A stretch of DNA of 64,000 nucleotides, from contig CAZESS010000002.1 in the NCBI GenBank assembly GCA_964514975.1, positions 96,059-160,058 on the forward strand, written 5' to 3'. Shown here piece after piece: positions 19,948 to 30,075 of this stretch. The first letter of the stretch is position 1; each line of letters begins with the position of its first letter. The notes beneath the pieces are model-generated. The model saw only the letters and a program-made list of their open reading frames with translations. It ran no database searches and was not told the DNA's origin. A program made the position numbers and the translations under genes. Source of the DNA: an uncultured Thermoplasmatales archaeon. GTDB taxonomy: Archaea > Thermoplasmatota > E2 > UBA202 > DSCA01.

Positions 19948-20367
19948 TTGGAATACATGTACTGCCCGGAATGTGGACGCAAAATCGAGGAGGACATGCA
20001 ATTTTGCCCCGGATGCGGTACGGCCATCGGCGAGCCATCATCGGAGGAACATCCGGTAACAGCGCCCACGGCAGATGTCGACCTGTCACGTTTTTTCTCC
20101 CGAAAAATGATCGGTCTCGCCGTCGCCGTCGGCGTCCTTGTCGCCTTTGTCGGCGCGGTTGCCTGCACCGTTGCGGATGGCAGCGACGGTCGCAAGGCGG
20201 GCCTTGTCATCTACAACCTCGGCGGGTTCGTGCTCGGCGGAGCGCTGCTCCTCGGCCCGCTTGTCAACGACGGGTGTGACCGTCTCCTGCGGGCCGGCAT
20301 GCTGGTCGCCGGCGCCCTGGTTGTCGGTCTGGTGCTTTCACCCGCGGCTGTCGGCATACCCTGGTAA
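19948..20367 (+). CDS. Zinc-ribbon membrane protein
   Basis: YCPECG...FCPGCG followed by three TM helices. Confidence 0.75.
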   Translation: MEYMYCPECGRKIEEDMQFCPGCGTAIGEPSSEEHPVTAPTADVDLSRFFSRKMIGLAVAVGVLVAFVGAVACTVADGSDGRKAGLVIYNLGGFVLGGALLLGPLVNDGCDRLLRAGMLVAGALVVGLVLSPAAVGIPW

Positions 20368-20372
20368 CCTGG

Positions 20373-21332
20373 CTACTGCTTTCGTATCTCCCGTAGGCGT
20401 TCCTGCATCTCCTCTTGGAGATGCCCTGCAATGTTTCTCCCGGTGAAGGCATCTGCACGGGCTGCGATGGCGATTTTGCCGGCGAGGCTCCTGGCTATCT
20501 TGCCCCGCTTTTTTTTCGGTGCCGTGTTGACCCATTCATGCTGGAAGATGATGCCATGTTTTGGGGGCGGCGTTCCCTTGCGAAGGTGCTGGAACAGGGC
20601 TTTTTCGGCGCCGAGCACCTGGATTGTCCCTGCGGGCAGCTCGGCGAGCCGCCGCAATGACCCGGCGGCGGCGATGAGACGGGCGGCGATGGCTTCGCCG
20701 ATGAGCGCGCTGACGTTGGGCGCCATCTGCTGCATTGCATCTGCGATGTATGCCTCAAGGGTGTTCCGTGTCTCCTGCATGTCGATGGTGAGCCGGGCGA
20801 GCTGTTTGAGGGATGTCTCCTCCTGACGGTCGAGCGGCTCGCTTCCCGGGATGCTCCATCTGCTGACGATGTCATAGGGGAGGGTGTCGCCGTCGACGGC
20901 GTGGCCGGCAAAGTAGCCATACCAGTCCTCGAGGTGTTCCATGAGGATGTTGCGGGTTTTGAGAAGGTCGTCGAGCGCGTGGACGGCACCGGCGATGCGG
21001 CTGCTTCTTTTGCTGCGCTCCTGCTCCATCTGCCGCTCGGCGAGCATGATCGATGCCTCGCGGAGCAGGCCGTGGTCGTAGCCGTGTTCCTCCGGGGAGG
21101 TGTCGAGGTCGGGGATGGTGCCGATGGACGCCAGCGGGCTGAGGCGCTGCTCCCCGGCGACGGCGTCGTGCTGCTCCCATGCTTGCTCTTCTTCCAGGAT
21201 GTTGCCGGCGCGTATCTGCTGGAGCCGGTCGGCGATTGCTTCGGCGTTTTTGGGGAACAGCCGCGCGTCGATGACGTCGCTGTCATTGTAGAGAAACGTT
21301 CCGTACCAGGTGGTCTTCACATATTTCGGCAT
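20373..21332 (-). CDS. nop5: C/D box sRNP protein Nop5 (Nop56/58)
   Basis: APNVSALIG, LPAGTIQVLGAEKALF, PPKHGIIFQ, RGKIARSLAGK. Confidence 0.92.
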   Translation of the reverse strand: MPKYVKTTWYGTFLYNDSDVIDARLFPKNAEAIADRLQQIRAGNILEEEQAWEQHDAVAGEQRLSPLASIGTIPDLDTSPEEHGYDHGLLREASIMLAERQMEQERSKRSSRIAGAVHALDDLLKTRNILMEHLEDWYGYFAGHAVDGDTLPYDIVSRWSIPGSEPLDRQEETSLKQLARLTIDMQETRNTLEAYIADAMQQMAPNVSALIGEAIAARLIAAAGSLRRLAELPAGTIQVLGAEKALFQHLRKGTPPPKHGIIFQHEWVNTAPKKKRGKIARSLAGKIAIAARADAFTGRNIAGHLQEEMQERLREIRKQ

Positions 21333-21363
21333 TGTTTTAAATACAGCACTGCATTTAAAAACT

Positions 21364-22248
21364 ATGTGTCTGGCAACCTCGGTCGGTATGCTGCACCTGG
21401 ACAACCCGTTGATACTTGCCTCGGGCATCGCCGACATGACCGCGGGGAGCATGGAGCGCTGCCGCGCCGCCGGAGCCGTGGTGACCAAGTCCGTCGGATT
21501 GGAGGAACGCCCCGGCTATGGCAACCCCTCGGTGGTTGAGCTCGAGCATGGCATCCTCAACGCGATGGGGCTGCCCAATCCCGGCGTCGATGGCTATCTG
21601 GCGGAGCTCGACTTGGCCGACGTCGACGTCCTGGTTGGCAGCGTTTTCGGTCGCACTGCCGACGAGTTCGTCGCGGTCGCGGAAAAAATGGCGCCACGGG
21701 TGGCGGCGCTCGAGCTCAACATGAGCTGTCCCCATGCCGGCGACTATGGCGCCGGGGTGCCCACGGGCAGCATCGAGGGGCTGGTCGAATCTGTCAAGCA
21801 GGCTGTCAGCGTGCCCGTCTGGGTGAAGCTGGGCGCCGAAAACGTGCTGGAGCGCGGCAGCGCGGCGGTGGCGGGCGGCGCCGATGCCGTTGTTGCCATC
21901 AACACGTTGAAGGCCATGGCCATCGACGTCGAGGTGGCGATGCCCGTGCTGGCCAACCGGACCGGCGGGATGTCCGGCCCGGCTATCAGGCCGGTCGGCA
22001 TACGATGCGTCTATGAGCTCTCGTCGTCGCTCGATGTTCCCGTGGTGGGCGTCGGTGGTGTCAGGTCGGCGCGTGACGTCGTGGAGTACATGATGGCCGG
22101 CGCCGCGGCGGTGCAGATTGGCTCCGGGCTGCATTATGCTGGCGTCGCTGTCTTTGAGGACATCTGCCGTGACCTGCGACGCTGGCTGCAGGAGCACGGC
22201 TACGACCATGTTGACGACGTTGTCGGCCTGGCGCATACCGGCATGTAA
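21364..22248 (+). CDS. pyrD: Dihydroorotate dehydrogenase, class 1
   Basis: NPLILASG, NAMGLPNPG, ELNMSCPH, AINT, GGMSGPAIRP. Confidence 0.95.
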   Translation: MCLATSVGMLHLDNPLILASGIADMTAGSMERCRAAGAVVTKSVGLEERPGYGNPSVVELEHGILNAMGLPNPGVDGYLAELDLADVDVLVGSVFGRTADEFVAVAEKMAPRVAALELNMSCPHAGDYGAGVPTGSIEGLVESVKQAVSVPVWVKLGAENVLERGSAAVAGGADAVVAINTLKAMAIDVEVAMPVLANRTGGMSGPAIRPVGIRCVYELSSSLDVPVVGVGGVRSARDVVEYMMAGAAAVQIGSGLHYAGVAVFEDICRDLRRWLQEHGYDHVDDVVGLAHTGM

Positions 22249-22263
22249 CGGCCGGACTGCAGG

Positions 22264-22944
22264 CTAGAGCTCCCCGGTGATTTTTTCCGTCGTGGACATC
22301 CATATGTCGCCGAACACGTCCTCCCGCATCATCCGGTTGAGAAAATGTTGCGGGGGAACACATGCCTCCGGAGCCTGGACGCCCGGCGAGCTGATGTCGC
22401 CATCGGCTATCATCATGGCGCCCAGCGCCGCCGGGGTCGCGGTGCCCTCCCGCATGTGCGAGGTGCCGGCATAGCGGAAGTTTTTTGGCTCGCCATCCCG
22501 GGTGCCGGCGACCTCGACCATGACCGCGCCGCCCGACGGGACATCCTGGTGCTTTCTGAGCATGGCGCCGCCGAGCGAGGAAACATAGGCGGCCATGAAG
22601 TCCAGCGGGGCGATGTCGTGGCCCTTAACGTTTATGGGTGTCTCGGACAGCAATCCCAGGGATTCCGCCCGGAGGAGCGCCTCGCGGAACGTGGCGGGGA
22701 AAAACGTTCCCTTGCAGCAGGCGTTCCGGACGCCGGGAATGTAGCGGGGGATGGTCACCGTCTCGGGGTGCCCGAAGTAGTAGACGGGCGCCTGGCCGAA
22801 GGGCTCGGGGAAGGAAACGTATTGTTCGCCGTCGACGAGCCCTCGCTTCACGCTGCGCTGCCCGTTGCGGTAGACGGGTACCTCGCCGAGCCAGCAGTGG
22901 AGCATGTGGTAGGGAATGGCCGCCCCGGCCTGCTCGGCGATGCC
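22264..22944 (-). pseudogene. C-terminal part of a saccharopine dehydrogenase-family oxidoreductase, N-terminus missing
   Basis: FPEPFG, YFGHPETVTIPRYIPGV, TATPAALGAMMI..G..APE; no Rossmann N-terminus, and the upstream frame is antisense to the sulfotransferase. Confidence 0.7.
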
Positions 22945-23951
22945 GCGGGTGCTGTATTCGCTGCTGATGAGCCTCGTTTTGAGCCCGCTGAACCTGCTTG
23001 AGCGGCTGCGATATGGCAGAGCCATCGAGACCATGCGGGTGGAAAAACCGCCTCTGTTCATCCTGGGGCACTGGCGGAGCGGCACCACGTTTCTGCACAA
23101 CATCCTCGCGCAGGACAGCCAGTTCGGTTATCCCTCGACGTTTCAGACTGTTACCCCCCGGCCTGTTTTTGTGGTTTGAGGGCCTGGTGAAGCCGCTGGT
23201 GTCGTCCTCGCTGCCGGAGAAGCGGCCGGAGGACGATGTGGCGCTCGGCGCGGATCTGCCGCAGGAGGACGAGTATGCGATGGGGAACCTGTGCCCGTTT
23301 TCGTTTTACAATGGATGGTGTTTTCCCCGGAACATGGCCCGGTATCACCGCTATGTGTGCATGGATGACGTCCCCCGGCACATGGTGCAGGAATGGAAGC
23401 GTCGCTACCGATTGTTTCTGCGGAAGGTCACGCTGGCCTGCGACGGACGGCGGCTTGTGGTAAAGAACCCGGCGAACACGGCGCGGATACGGCTGCTGCT
23501 GGACATGTACCCGGATGCGAAGTTTGTGCACATCCGGCGGAACCCCTACCACGTGTTTTTTTCCATGAAGCGGAACATCATGACCGAGATGACGCTCTAC
23601 TGTGTGCAGCAGCCGCCGGACTGGTCATCGCTGGAGCGGCAGATGACCGCGCTGTACCGGCGTATGTATGAAAAATTTTTTGCGGAACGGCGGCTCATCC
23701 CCGACGGCAACCTCGTCGAGGTACGGTTCGAGGACCTGGTCGACCGACCGCTTGCCGTGGTGGGGGACATCTATGACGGGCTCGGGCTTTCCGGGTATGC
23801 AGAGGCCAGGGACGCCTTTGCAGGGTATCTCGCCTCCCAGTCGAACCTGTCGCATCCCTACAGGGCCACCGAGGAGGTCAAACAGCACATCTATGCCGAG
23901 CTGCATGAGACCGTCGACCGGTGGGGCTACGACCTGCAGGTGGGGCAATAA
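22940..23951 (+). CDS. Sulfotransferase (Stf3-like); frameshift at C6 23154-23159; N-terminus probably truncated
   Basis: PLFILGHWRSGTTFLHN (PAPS loop), PQEDE, KNPANTARI, AKFVHIRRNPY..S, VRFEDL. Confidence 0.82.
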
Positions 23952-23979
23952 TTAAATAACGGGAGTCTATTGCCTGCCT

Positions 23980-24135
23980 ATGGCGAAGAAAAAGGGAAGC
24001 GGCTTTCAGTCCGCAGCCGGCCTGGTCCGCTATTTCGAGGAAGAAAAAACCGGGGTGAAGATCGACCCCCGGCTGGTCATTGCCATGGGCATCGGCACCG
24101 CCATCGTCATCACCGCGCTGCACATCTACGGCTAA
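23980..24135 (+). CDS. secG: Preprotein translocase subunit Sec61beta (not in the ORF track)
   Basis: MAKKKGSGFQSAAGLVRYFEEEKTGVKIDPRLVIAMGIGTAIVITALHIYG. Confidence 0.9.
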   Translation: MAKKKGSGFQSAAGLVRYFEEEKTGVKIDPRLVIAMGIGTAIVITALHIYG

Positions 24136-24175
24136 GCCGGGCAAACGTTTTTTACCATCTGCCGCTTTTTGAGCT

Positions 24176-24991
24176 ATGCACATCATCGACGGGAGAGCTA
24201 TCGCCGCCAAGATAGAGGCCGAGGTTCGCGAGCAGGCCGAGGGAGAGGACATCTATGTCGCCACGGTGTTGATGGAGGGCAGCGAGGAGTCAGCGCTGTA
24301 CGCACGGCTGAAGGAGCAGGCCTGCGGCCGGGTGGACATCGCCGCGGAGACGGTATCGTTTCCCCGCAGCGCCTCTATGGAGGATCTCGTGGCCGCCGTC
24401 GAGGAGCTCAACGACGACGACATGGTGGACGGGGTGATGGTGCAGCTGCCATTGCCGGGCATCGACCATCGTGCGCTTGTGGACCATATCGACCCCGGAA
24501 AAGACGTTGAGGGGGTGCATCCCTGCAATCTCGGTGCAACGCAGCTCGGCGACGAACGGCTGGCGCCCTGCACGCCCCGGGCCGTGTTCCGCATCCTCGA
24601 GCATGAAAATATTGTGTTGCAGGGAAAAAACGTGGTGGTGGTCAACCATAGCGACATCGTGGGGAAGCCGCTGGCGGACATGCTGCTGAACCGCAACGCG
24701 ACGGTGTCGGTCTGCCATGTGTACACCGACAGCCTTGCTACCTATACCCGCCGGGCTGACATTGTTGTCACCGGCGCCGGCGTCCGCAGGCTGATATCCG
24801 GGGGCATGGTCATGGAGGGCGCCGTCCTGGTCGACGTGGCCATCATCAGCGACGACGGGGACGTCCACGGCGACGTGAACCTTGCCTCCGTGAAGGACAT
24901 GGGGGGCATGGTGACCCCGGTGCCCGGCGGCGTGGGCCCGGTGACCATCGCCTGCATGCTCGAAAACGCGGTGCGGGCGAGCAAACATTGA
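24176..24991 (+). CDS. folD: Methylene-THF dehydrogenase/cyclohydrolase
   Basis: IIDGRAIA, VQLPLP, KDVEG, PCTP, TPVPGGVGPVT. Confidence 0.95.
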   Translation: MHIIDGRAIAAKIEAEVREQAEGEDIYVATVLMEGSEESALYARLKEQACGRVDIAAETVSFPRSASMEDLVAAVEELNDDDMVDGVMVQLPLPGIDHRALVDHIDPGKDVEGVHPCNLGATQLGDERLAPCTPRAVFRILEHENIVLQGKNVVVVNHSDIVGKPLADMLLNRNATVSVCHVYTDSLATYTRRADIVVTGAGVRRLISGGMVMEGAVLVDVAIISDDGDVHGDVNLASVKDMGGMVTPVPGGVGPVTIACMLENAVRASKH

Positions 24992-25009
24992 TAAACGGGG
25001 GGCTTTTGC

Positions 25010-25694
25010 ATGCCCATGGACAACCGGCGGGTCTACTATTCATTTCATGACATTCCATCGGGCGGACCGTCGATGCAGCGGCAGCGTCGCGGCATCAGCT
25101 TTAGCCGGACGGAGCTGCTGCACATCGGCATCGCGATGGCCGTGCTGACCGTCGCATTCGCGTTCGCATTTGTCCCGGCATCGCCGCCCCTTTCGGAGCC
25201 GATGGCGGCGCTGGAAAACCTCCCCCTGTCGTTCCTGGCGATCGCGACGGCGTTTTTTTTGCCATGAGCTCGCGCACAAGTATATGGGGCAGCGCTATGG
25301 ATACTGGTCCGAGTTCCGGATGTATCCCCAGGGCTTGCTGTTCGCGCTTTTGCTGGGCGTCGCCGTCGGCCTGGTGTTCGCTGCGCCCGGCGCCGTGCAG
25401 ATTTTTGGTCGCCCAAGCCGGGAGGAAAGCGGGCGTATCTCGGCGGCCGGCCCGGCAACCAACGTGGCAATAGGGCTGGCGTTCCTGCTGCTCTGGACGG
25501 TGACGGGCGGCCTGGTCGGAGCGGCGGCGCTGTTCATCGCTGCCATCAACGCCTTCCTGGCGTTTTTCAACCTGCTCCCGTTCGGGCCGATGGACGGCCG
25601 GAAAATCTTCCGGTGGCGGAAGGATGTCTGGGGCGGCCTGCTCGCGGGGAGCATCGCGCTGTTCGGGGTGTCCTGGTTCGGCATACCGTTTTAG
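25010..25694 (+). CDS. Site-2 (M50) protease; +1 frameshift at T8 25253-25260
   Basis: HELAHK, FAAPGAV, ISAAGPATN, FNLLPFGPMDG. Confidence 0.88.
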
Positions 25695-26388
25695 GGATGC
25701 CGCCGGTCGAACACCCGGATTTTGCGCCTGACCCACTGGATGGCGAACAGGGAGAACAGCAGGGCGAAGACCACGCCGACCGCTATCCCGGCTATCTGGA
25801 ACGAGGCCATGAAGTTGTATGCCCCGTGCACGACGATCGCCAGGCCGAAATAGGGGAGCACGCTGCCGTCCTGGTGGAGCAGCGAGCGCCCGTACCCGTA
25901 GCCGGTGAGCGCGGTCGCCGAGGCATGGAGCAGACAGGCGCCGACGGTGCGGAGGACGACCAGCGTGACAAATATGGCCAGGCCCTCGTCCATGAAGCTG
26001 ATCTCGTAGAACAGGTTCTCGGTCGCCGAGAAGCCCAGGCCCGCCGCAGCTCCATAAATCAGGCCGTCCTCGATTTCGTCGAGCTCCCGGCGAACGGTGC
26101 CGATGTTGAGGGCGAGCGGCTTGGTGAACTCCTCGACCACGGGCGCCACGATCACGGCCATCGCAAATGTATACAGCGAGGCGCTGCCCAGCGATGCCAG
26201 GGACACGCCGACGATATTTTCAAGGAACAATGACGCGACGACGGCGATGGTCGCCCCCCAGATGAAGCACACCATGACGGGAAGCCAGGGCTCCCGATGG
26301 TAGCGCTCGGTGTTCCGTATCCATATGGTATACGCCAGTGGGGGGAGAAACGCGAGGAGGACGAGGATGAGCCACTGCAGCGCCATGA
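25691..26388 (-). CDS. PrsW-family intramembrane metalloprotease
   Basis: APVVEEFTK, DGLIYGAAAGLGFSATEN, LLHAS, HGAYN. Confidence 0.9.
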
Positions 26389-26489
26389 TAGGGTATGGCG
26401 CTGGCATTATATATGTCATATGCCATGTGGCGTTCACTGCCAGGTGAACGTTTTCGAAATGGCGTTAAATACATGTCGCTTTCGGGGCA

Positions 26490-27008
26490 ATGAGCCGAAA
26501 AATATTGACGGTTGTTGTCGCCGTCATTGGCCTGGTCGCGGTCGGCGCCGTTACGCTGGTCGCAATGGATTTCGACAACACGGACGACACGGTGGACCTG
26601 ACCGGTAATGCAAATGGAACGTTTTACATCAACGACTGCGGACGCCCCAAGGGCGGCTTCGAATATGCGGGCACCTACTACGCCAACCTATCGCTCGAAG
26701 AGGGCACGGGAACGCTGGAGATAGCACTGAAGATCGGCCTGGGCGACCCGCTGGACCGGCATCTGTGGAACGTGACGCTGCTGGAGTATTCCAACGGGAC
26801 AATGCGGCTGTACATGGACGGCCACCGGCTGGAGATGAGGTGGGTGGACAACGACACCATCTGGAACGGACAGTATGACGGCAACTACACGGCGCTCTGG
26901 GGGCCCTGGATGGAGGAGTATGAGCCGGTCGGCCACATCAGGACGGACTGGTTCCCGGGTACCGTGTCGCACTACTATGTCGAGCTGCGGCTGCCGCGGC
27001 TCGCGTAG
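26490..27008 (+). CDS. Membrane-anchored hypothetical protein
   Basis: N-terminal TM helix; several NxT/S sequons. Confidence 0.7.
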   Translation: MSRKILTVVVAVIGLVAVGAVTLVAMDFDNTDDTVDLTGNANGTFYINDCGRPKGGFEYAGTYYANLSLEEGTGTLEIALKIGLGDPLDRHLWNVTLLEYSNGTMRLYMDGHRLEMRWVDNDTIWNGQYDGNYTALWGPWMEEYEPVGHIRTDWFPGTVSHYYVELRLPRLA

Positions 27009-27075
27009 CCCCTTTTTCCCTTTTTTTCTTTTTTTGTTCGAAACATTTAACTGTCCGTCCGGCCATGTACCGGGG

Positions 27076-27630
27076 ATGATATCGCGGGAGGCAGCATTGG
27101 AGATGCTCCGGAGTCATGTCGAGCCGGGAAACCTGCGGAAGCACATGTATGCGGTGGCGGCTATCATGGAGGCGCTCGCCGGCCGGCTGGACTGTGACCC
27201 CGATGTGTGGTGGCTGACCGGACTGCTGCACGACATCGATTACGGAGAGACCAGGGACAGGCCGGAGCTGCACGGAACGCGCTCGGCGGAGATGCTGGCG
27301 GATATGCTGCCCGGTCATGCGCTGCGGGCGATCAGGGCGCACAACTGGCGTCATACGGGCATCGAGCCTGCCTCGCCACTGGACTATGGGCTGATTGCAA
27401 GCGATGCGCTGTCGGGGCTGATCGTGGCGACGGCGCTGGTGATGCCGAACGGGACGCTGGGAGAGGTCCGGCCGGGGTCGGTGCTGAAAAAAATCGATGA
27501 CGGGTCGTTCGCCAGCAGTATCGACCGGGGGAGGATACGGCAGTGTACCATGCTGAACATGGGGGCGCGGGAGTTTGTTGATATAGCGCTGCCGGCGCTC
27601 CAGGATGTTCATGACAGGCTGGGATTATAA
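27076..27630 (+). CDS. HD (HDIG-type) phosphohydrolase
   Basis: LRKHMYAV, GLLHDIDY, HG, IRAHN, DALSGLIVATALV. Confidence 0.88.
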   Translation: MISREAALEMLRSHVEPGNLRKHMYAVAAIMEALAGRLDCDPDVWWLTGLLHDIDYGETRDRPELHGTRSAEMLADMLPGHALRAIRAHNWRHTGIEPASPLDYGLIASDALSGLIVATALVMPNGTLGEVRPGSVLKKIDDGSFASSIDRGRIRQCTMLNMGAREFVDIALPALQDVHDRLGL

Positions 27631-28046
27631 CCCGGGGTATAGCGGATGTAAACTACATTGGACAAAATAATTTATAAAACTGTTGGTGTTGCAGGATGTG
27701 GGGCCGGGTAGAGAGATTTTTGCCTTCCTCTCTATCCACGCCCTTTTATTTTGTTGTGCCGGACGCCCACGTCTATATGGTCACGGCGAACACGAAAGCG
27801 ACCACGAAGCCCCCTATCGTCCCGTTTACCACATCCCATGTCAAAAAACCGGGGGATGACTTTCACACCGGTCAGGAGGAGACCATAGGACAGCGTGACC
27901 TCCCGGATGCACGTATGCATAGACAAAGGCGAAAAGGATGCACTGGATAAGGATGCTGAAAAACAGACCATCCTGCCATTGCTGAACGGCTTACGGACAC
28001 CATGCTTATATACGCCGCGGTGGTTAAATGCTATAGGGAGGTACCT

Positions 28047-28451
28047 ATGCGTCCCGTGCAATATAACGAGAAACACAAGAACGTCCTCGACTCGTTTTTG
28101 CTGGAAAACCCACGGGTAACGCCGGGCACGATGTACGGCCATCCCGCATACTACGTCAACGGGAAGCTGTTTGCCTCGCTCCACAGGGACGGCGTCTGCA
28201 TCAAGGTGCCCACGGCGCTGAAAGAGGTACTGCTCAAACATGACGGGATCGTTCCCTTCGAGCCCATGGGCAGAACCATGCGGGAATGGGTGCTGATAAA
28301 CAGGGAGCGATCGAAGGACTACCGCGACGACATGGACATTTTCACCGCGTCGATCGAATACGTCGGATTGCTCGCGGACAAAAAAGGCTGGCCGGCAGCA
28401 GGATGGCTAAAAAATGTCGACCTGGTCGGGGAGCAGCCCCTTCCGGCTTAA
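28047..28451 (+). CDS. TfoX-N/MmcQ-YjbR-like protein
   Basis: MYGHPAYYVNGKLFA, PFEPMGRTMREWV. Confidence 0.65.
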   Translation: MRPVQYNEKHKNVLDSFLLENPRVTPGTMYGHPAYYVNGKLFASLHRDGVCIKVPTALKEVLLKHDGIVPFEPMGRTMREWVLINRERSKDYRDDMDIFTASIEYVGLLADKKGWPAAGWLKNVDLVGEQPLPA

Positions 28452-28733
28452 AAACCGGGCCTGGTTTTCCCAGTACCGCCAGATGATATCGGCTTTTTCC
28501 TCCGGCTGGATGTTCCAGGGAACGATGATGACGAGGTCGCCGCGGCGGATGCGCCCCATACCCCGGCGCTTGCTGCCCGGGATCCTGGCGATACGCACGG
28601 TGCCGTCCTCGCCGACGACCTTCATCCGGGAGCCCTTGTACACTGACTCGATGATAGCGTACATCTCGTTGTTGCTCCTGTCCGGACGCCGGACGCGTAT
28701 GTATTCATCCTCCTTGTCATTGTTCTTGCTCAT
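28407..28733 (-). CDS. eif1a: Translation initiation factor aIF-1A
   Basis: RIARIPG, IRRGDLVIIVPWNIQPEEKADIIWRY. Confidence 0.92.
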   Translation of the reverse strand: MSKNNDKEDEYIRVRRPDRSNNEMYAIIESVYKGSRMKVVGEDGTVRIARIPGSKRRGMGRIRRGDLVIIVPWNIQPEEKADIIWRYWENQARFLSRKGLLPDQVDIF

Positions 28734-28850
28734 GGTATCGACGGCGGATACCTAACGGAGCTCCAATTAAAAGGTTATTGGTCTCGCATAGGAAGGGAGG
28801 CTCAGGGAATGGCAGCACAATGGTTTTATATTACTACTACTATTACTACT

Positions 28851-29501
28851 ATGAATTGTCCGTATTGTGGCTACACATGGACACCTCGGACGGAGCAGCC
28901 GAAGGCATGTCCCCGGTGCAAGCGACGGCTGGACTACCCTGAAAGCAAGGGAAAAGAAGACCCATTGAAGCGGGCACGAGAGATGGAGCCAGGATTCCAG
29001 AGGATGCTCCACGTGATGTCGGTGCTGACCCCACAGCTTGAAGAACACGAGGTCATGCCAGTGGTCATCGGCGGGGCAGCCGTGGAGTTTTACACCCGTA
29101 ACTGGTATGCCACCGGCGACATCGACCTGGCGATCAACAAGGACAAACGAGATATATTTTACAGCGTGATGGAGAATGCAGGATTCAGCAAAACCGGCCG
29201 GATGTGGGTACGGGAGGACCTCGGGCTCTACATGGAAATACCGGGGGACCTGTATGACATCGACACGGAGAAGGTAACGCGTGTTGAAACCAATGCAGGC
29301 TACGCCTATGTCGTCGGTCTGGAAGACATCGTTTTCGACCGGATACAGGCAGCCAAGCACTGGCAGAGCAAGAGCGACCACGAACAGGCAGTACGAATAG
29401 CGTCGCTCTACTACGACGACATCGACTGGGCATATGTCAGAAAAAAATGCAGCGCTGAGAGCTCGGAGGACGTGCTCGACCAGGTTTTGCAGGAGGCATA
29501 G
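28851..29501 (+). CDS. Zn-finger + nucleotidyltransferase (DUF6036-like)
   Basis: CPYCGYTWTPR..PKACPRC, then PVVIGGAAVEFY...TGDIDL and LEDIVFDRI. Confidence 0.72.
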   Translation: MNCPYCGYTWTPRTEQPKACPRCKRRLDYPESKGKEDPLKRAREMEPGFQRMLHVMSVLTPQLEEHEVMPVVIGGAAVEFYTRNWYATGDIDLAINKDKRDIFYSVMENAGFSKTGRMWVREDLGLYMEIPGDLYDIDTEKVTRVETNAGYAYVVGLEDIVFDRIQAAKHWQSKSDHEQAVRIASLYYDDIDWAYVRKKCSAESSEDVLDQVLQEA

Positions 29502-29502
29502 C

Positions 29503-29709
29503 ATGAGGGAGATGCAACTCGATGAAACCCGGGGACGCATCCGTGGCCCTAAACATGAGCGGGCGGTTCGTCGGCGGCCGACGCCGCGATGGAAGATCCG
29601 TGACTCCATCCAGTATATCAGGATGCGTGACCGCTATCTCCAGGAGCAGGGCATCCTGGTGAAGGTCGGTCCGCGGCGGTATCATCTCAACCCGGAGATA
29701 AAACGGTGA
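29503..29709 (+). CDS. Small basic protein coupled to the nucleotidyltransferase
   Basis: Starts 1 nt after the upstream stop; wing-like end LQEQGILVKVGPRRYHLNP. Confidence 0.6.
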   Translation: MREMQLDETRGRIRGPKHERAVRRRPTPRWKIRDSIQYIRMRDRYLQEQGILVKVGPRRYHLNPEIKR

Positions 29710-29939
29710 CCGCCCACCCAGCGTTTCAGTCTATTGAAATAGTTTCACCGGACGATGAAACCAGGTCAGGCGTCTCGACGACGTTAAGGCATGTACATTG
29801 ACATTGCTGAACATGAGAGATTTATTTGAGTAACTACAATGAACGTCTCCCTGGTCTCCTGGCCTGGGCGGACGGAAGGCTTAAAAACAGGGCAGGTGCC
29901 CCCGGTATCCGTTTATACACCGTGAGCATGATGCATGGC

Positions 29940-30026
29940 ATGGTCTGCGACCGGTGCGGCTACACCTCGAGCAAGATAGCATGGCGCTGCCCCCGCTGCG
30001 GGCGATGCCTCCGGTGTACGGGATAG
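29940..30026 (+). CDS. CxxC zinc-finger microprotein
   Basis: MVCDRCGYTSSKIAWRCPRCGRCLRCTG. Confidence 0.5.
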   Translation: MVCDRCGYTSSKIAWRCPRCGRCLRCTG

Positions 30027-30075
30027 ATGGAAACACATGTAACCCGGGGATATCCTTTATATTGGACGTGTTTAT

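Noticed and set aside
27650-27990. Hairpin GGGTAGAGAG..CTCTCTATCC, a weak CTACATTG..TGTTGC match and a hydrophobic gene remnant
   Set aside because: Not a tRNA; the match to the Fic palindrome is too degenerate; only a single hairpin
29833-29843. ACTACAATGAA shared with 56781-56791
   Set aside because: An 11-bp match can arise by chance in 64 kb and there is no supporting structure
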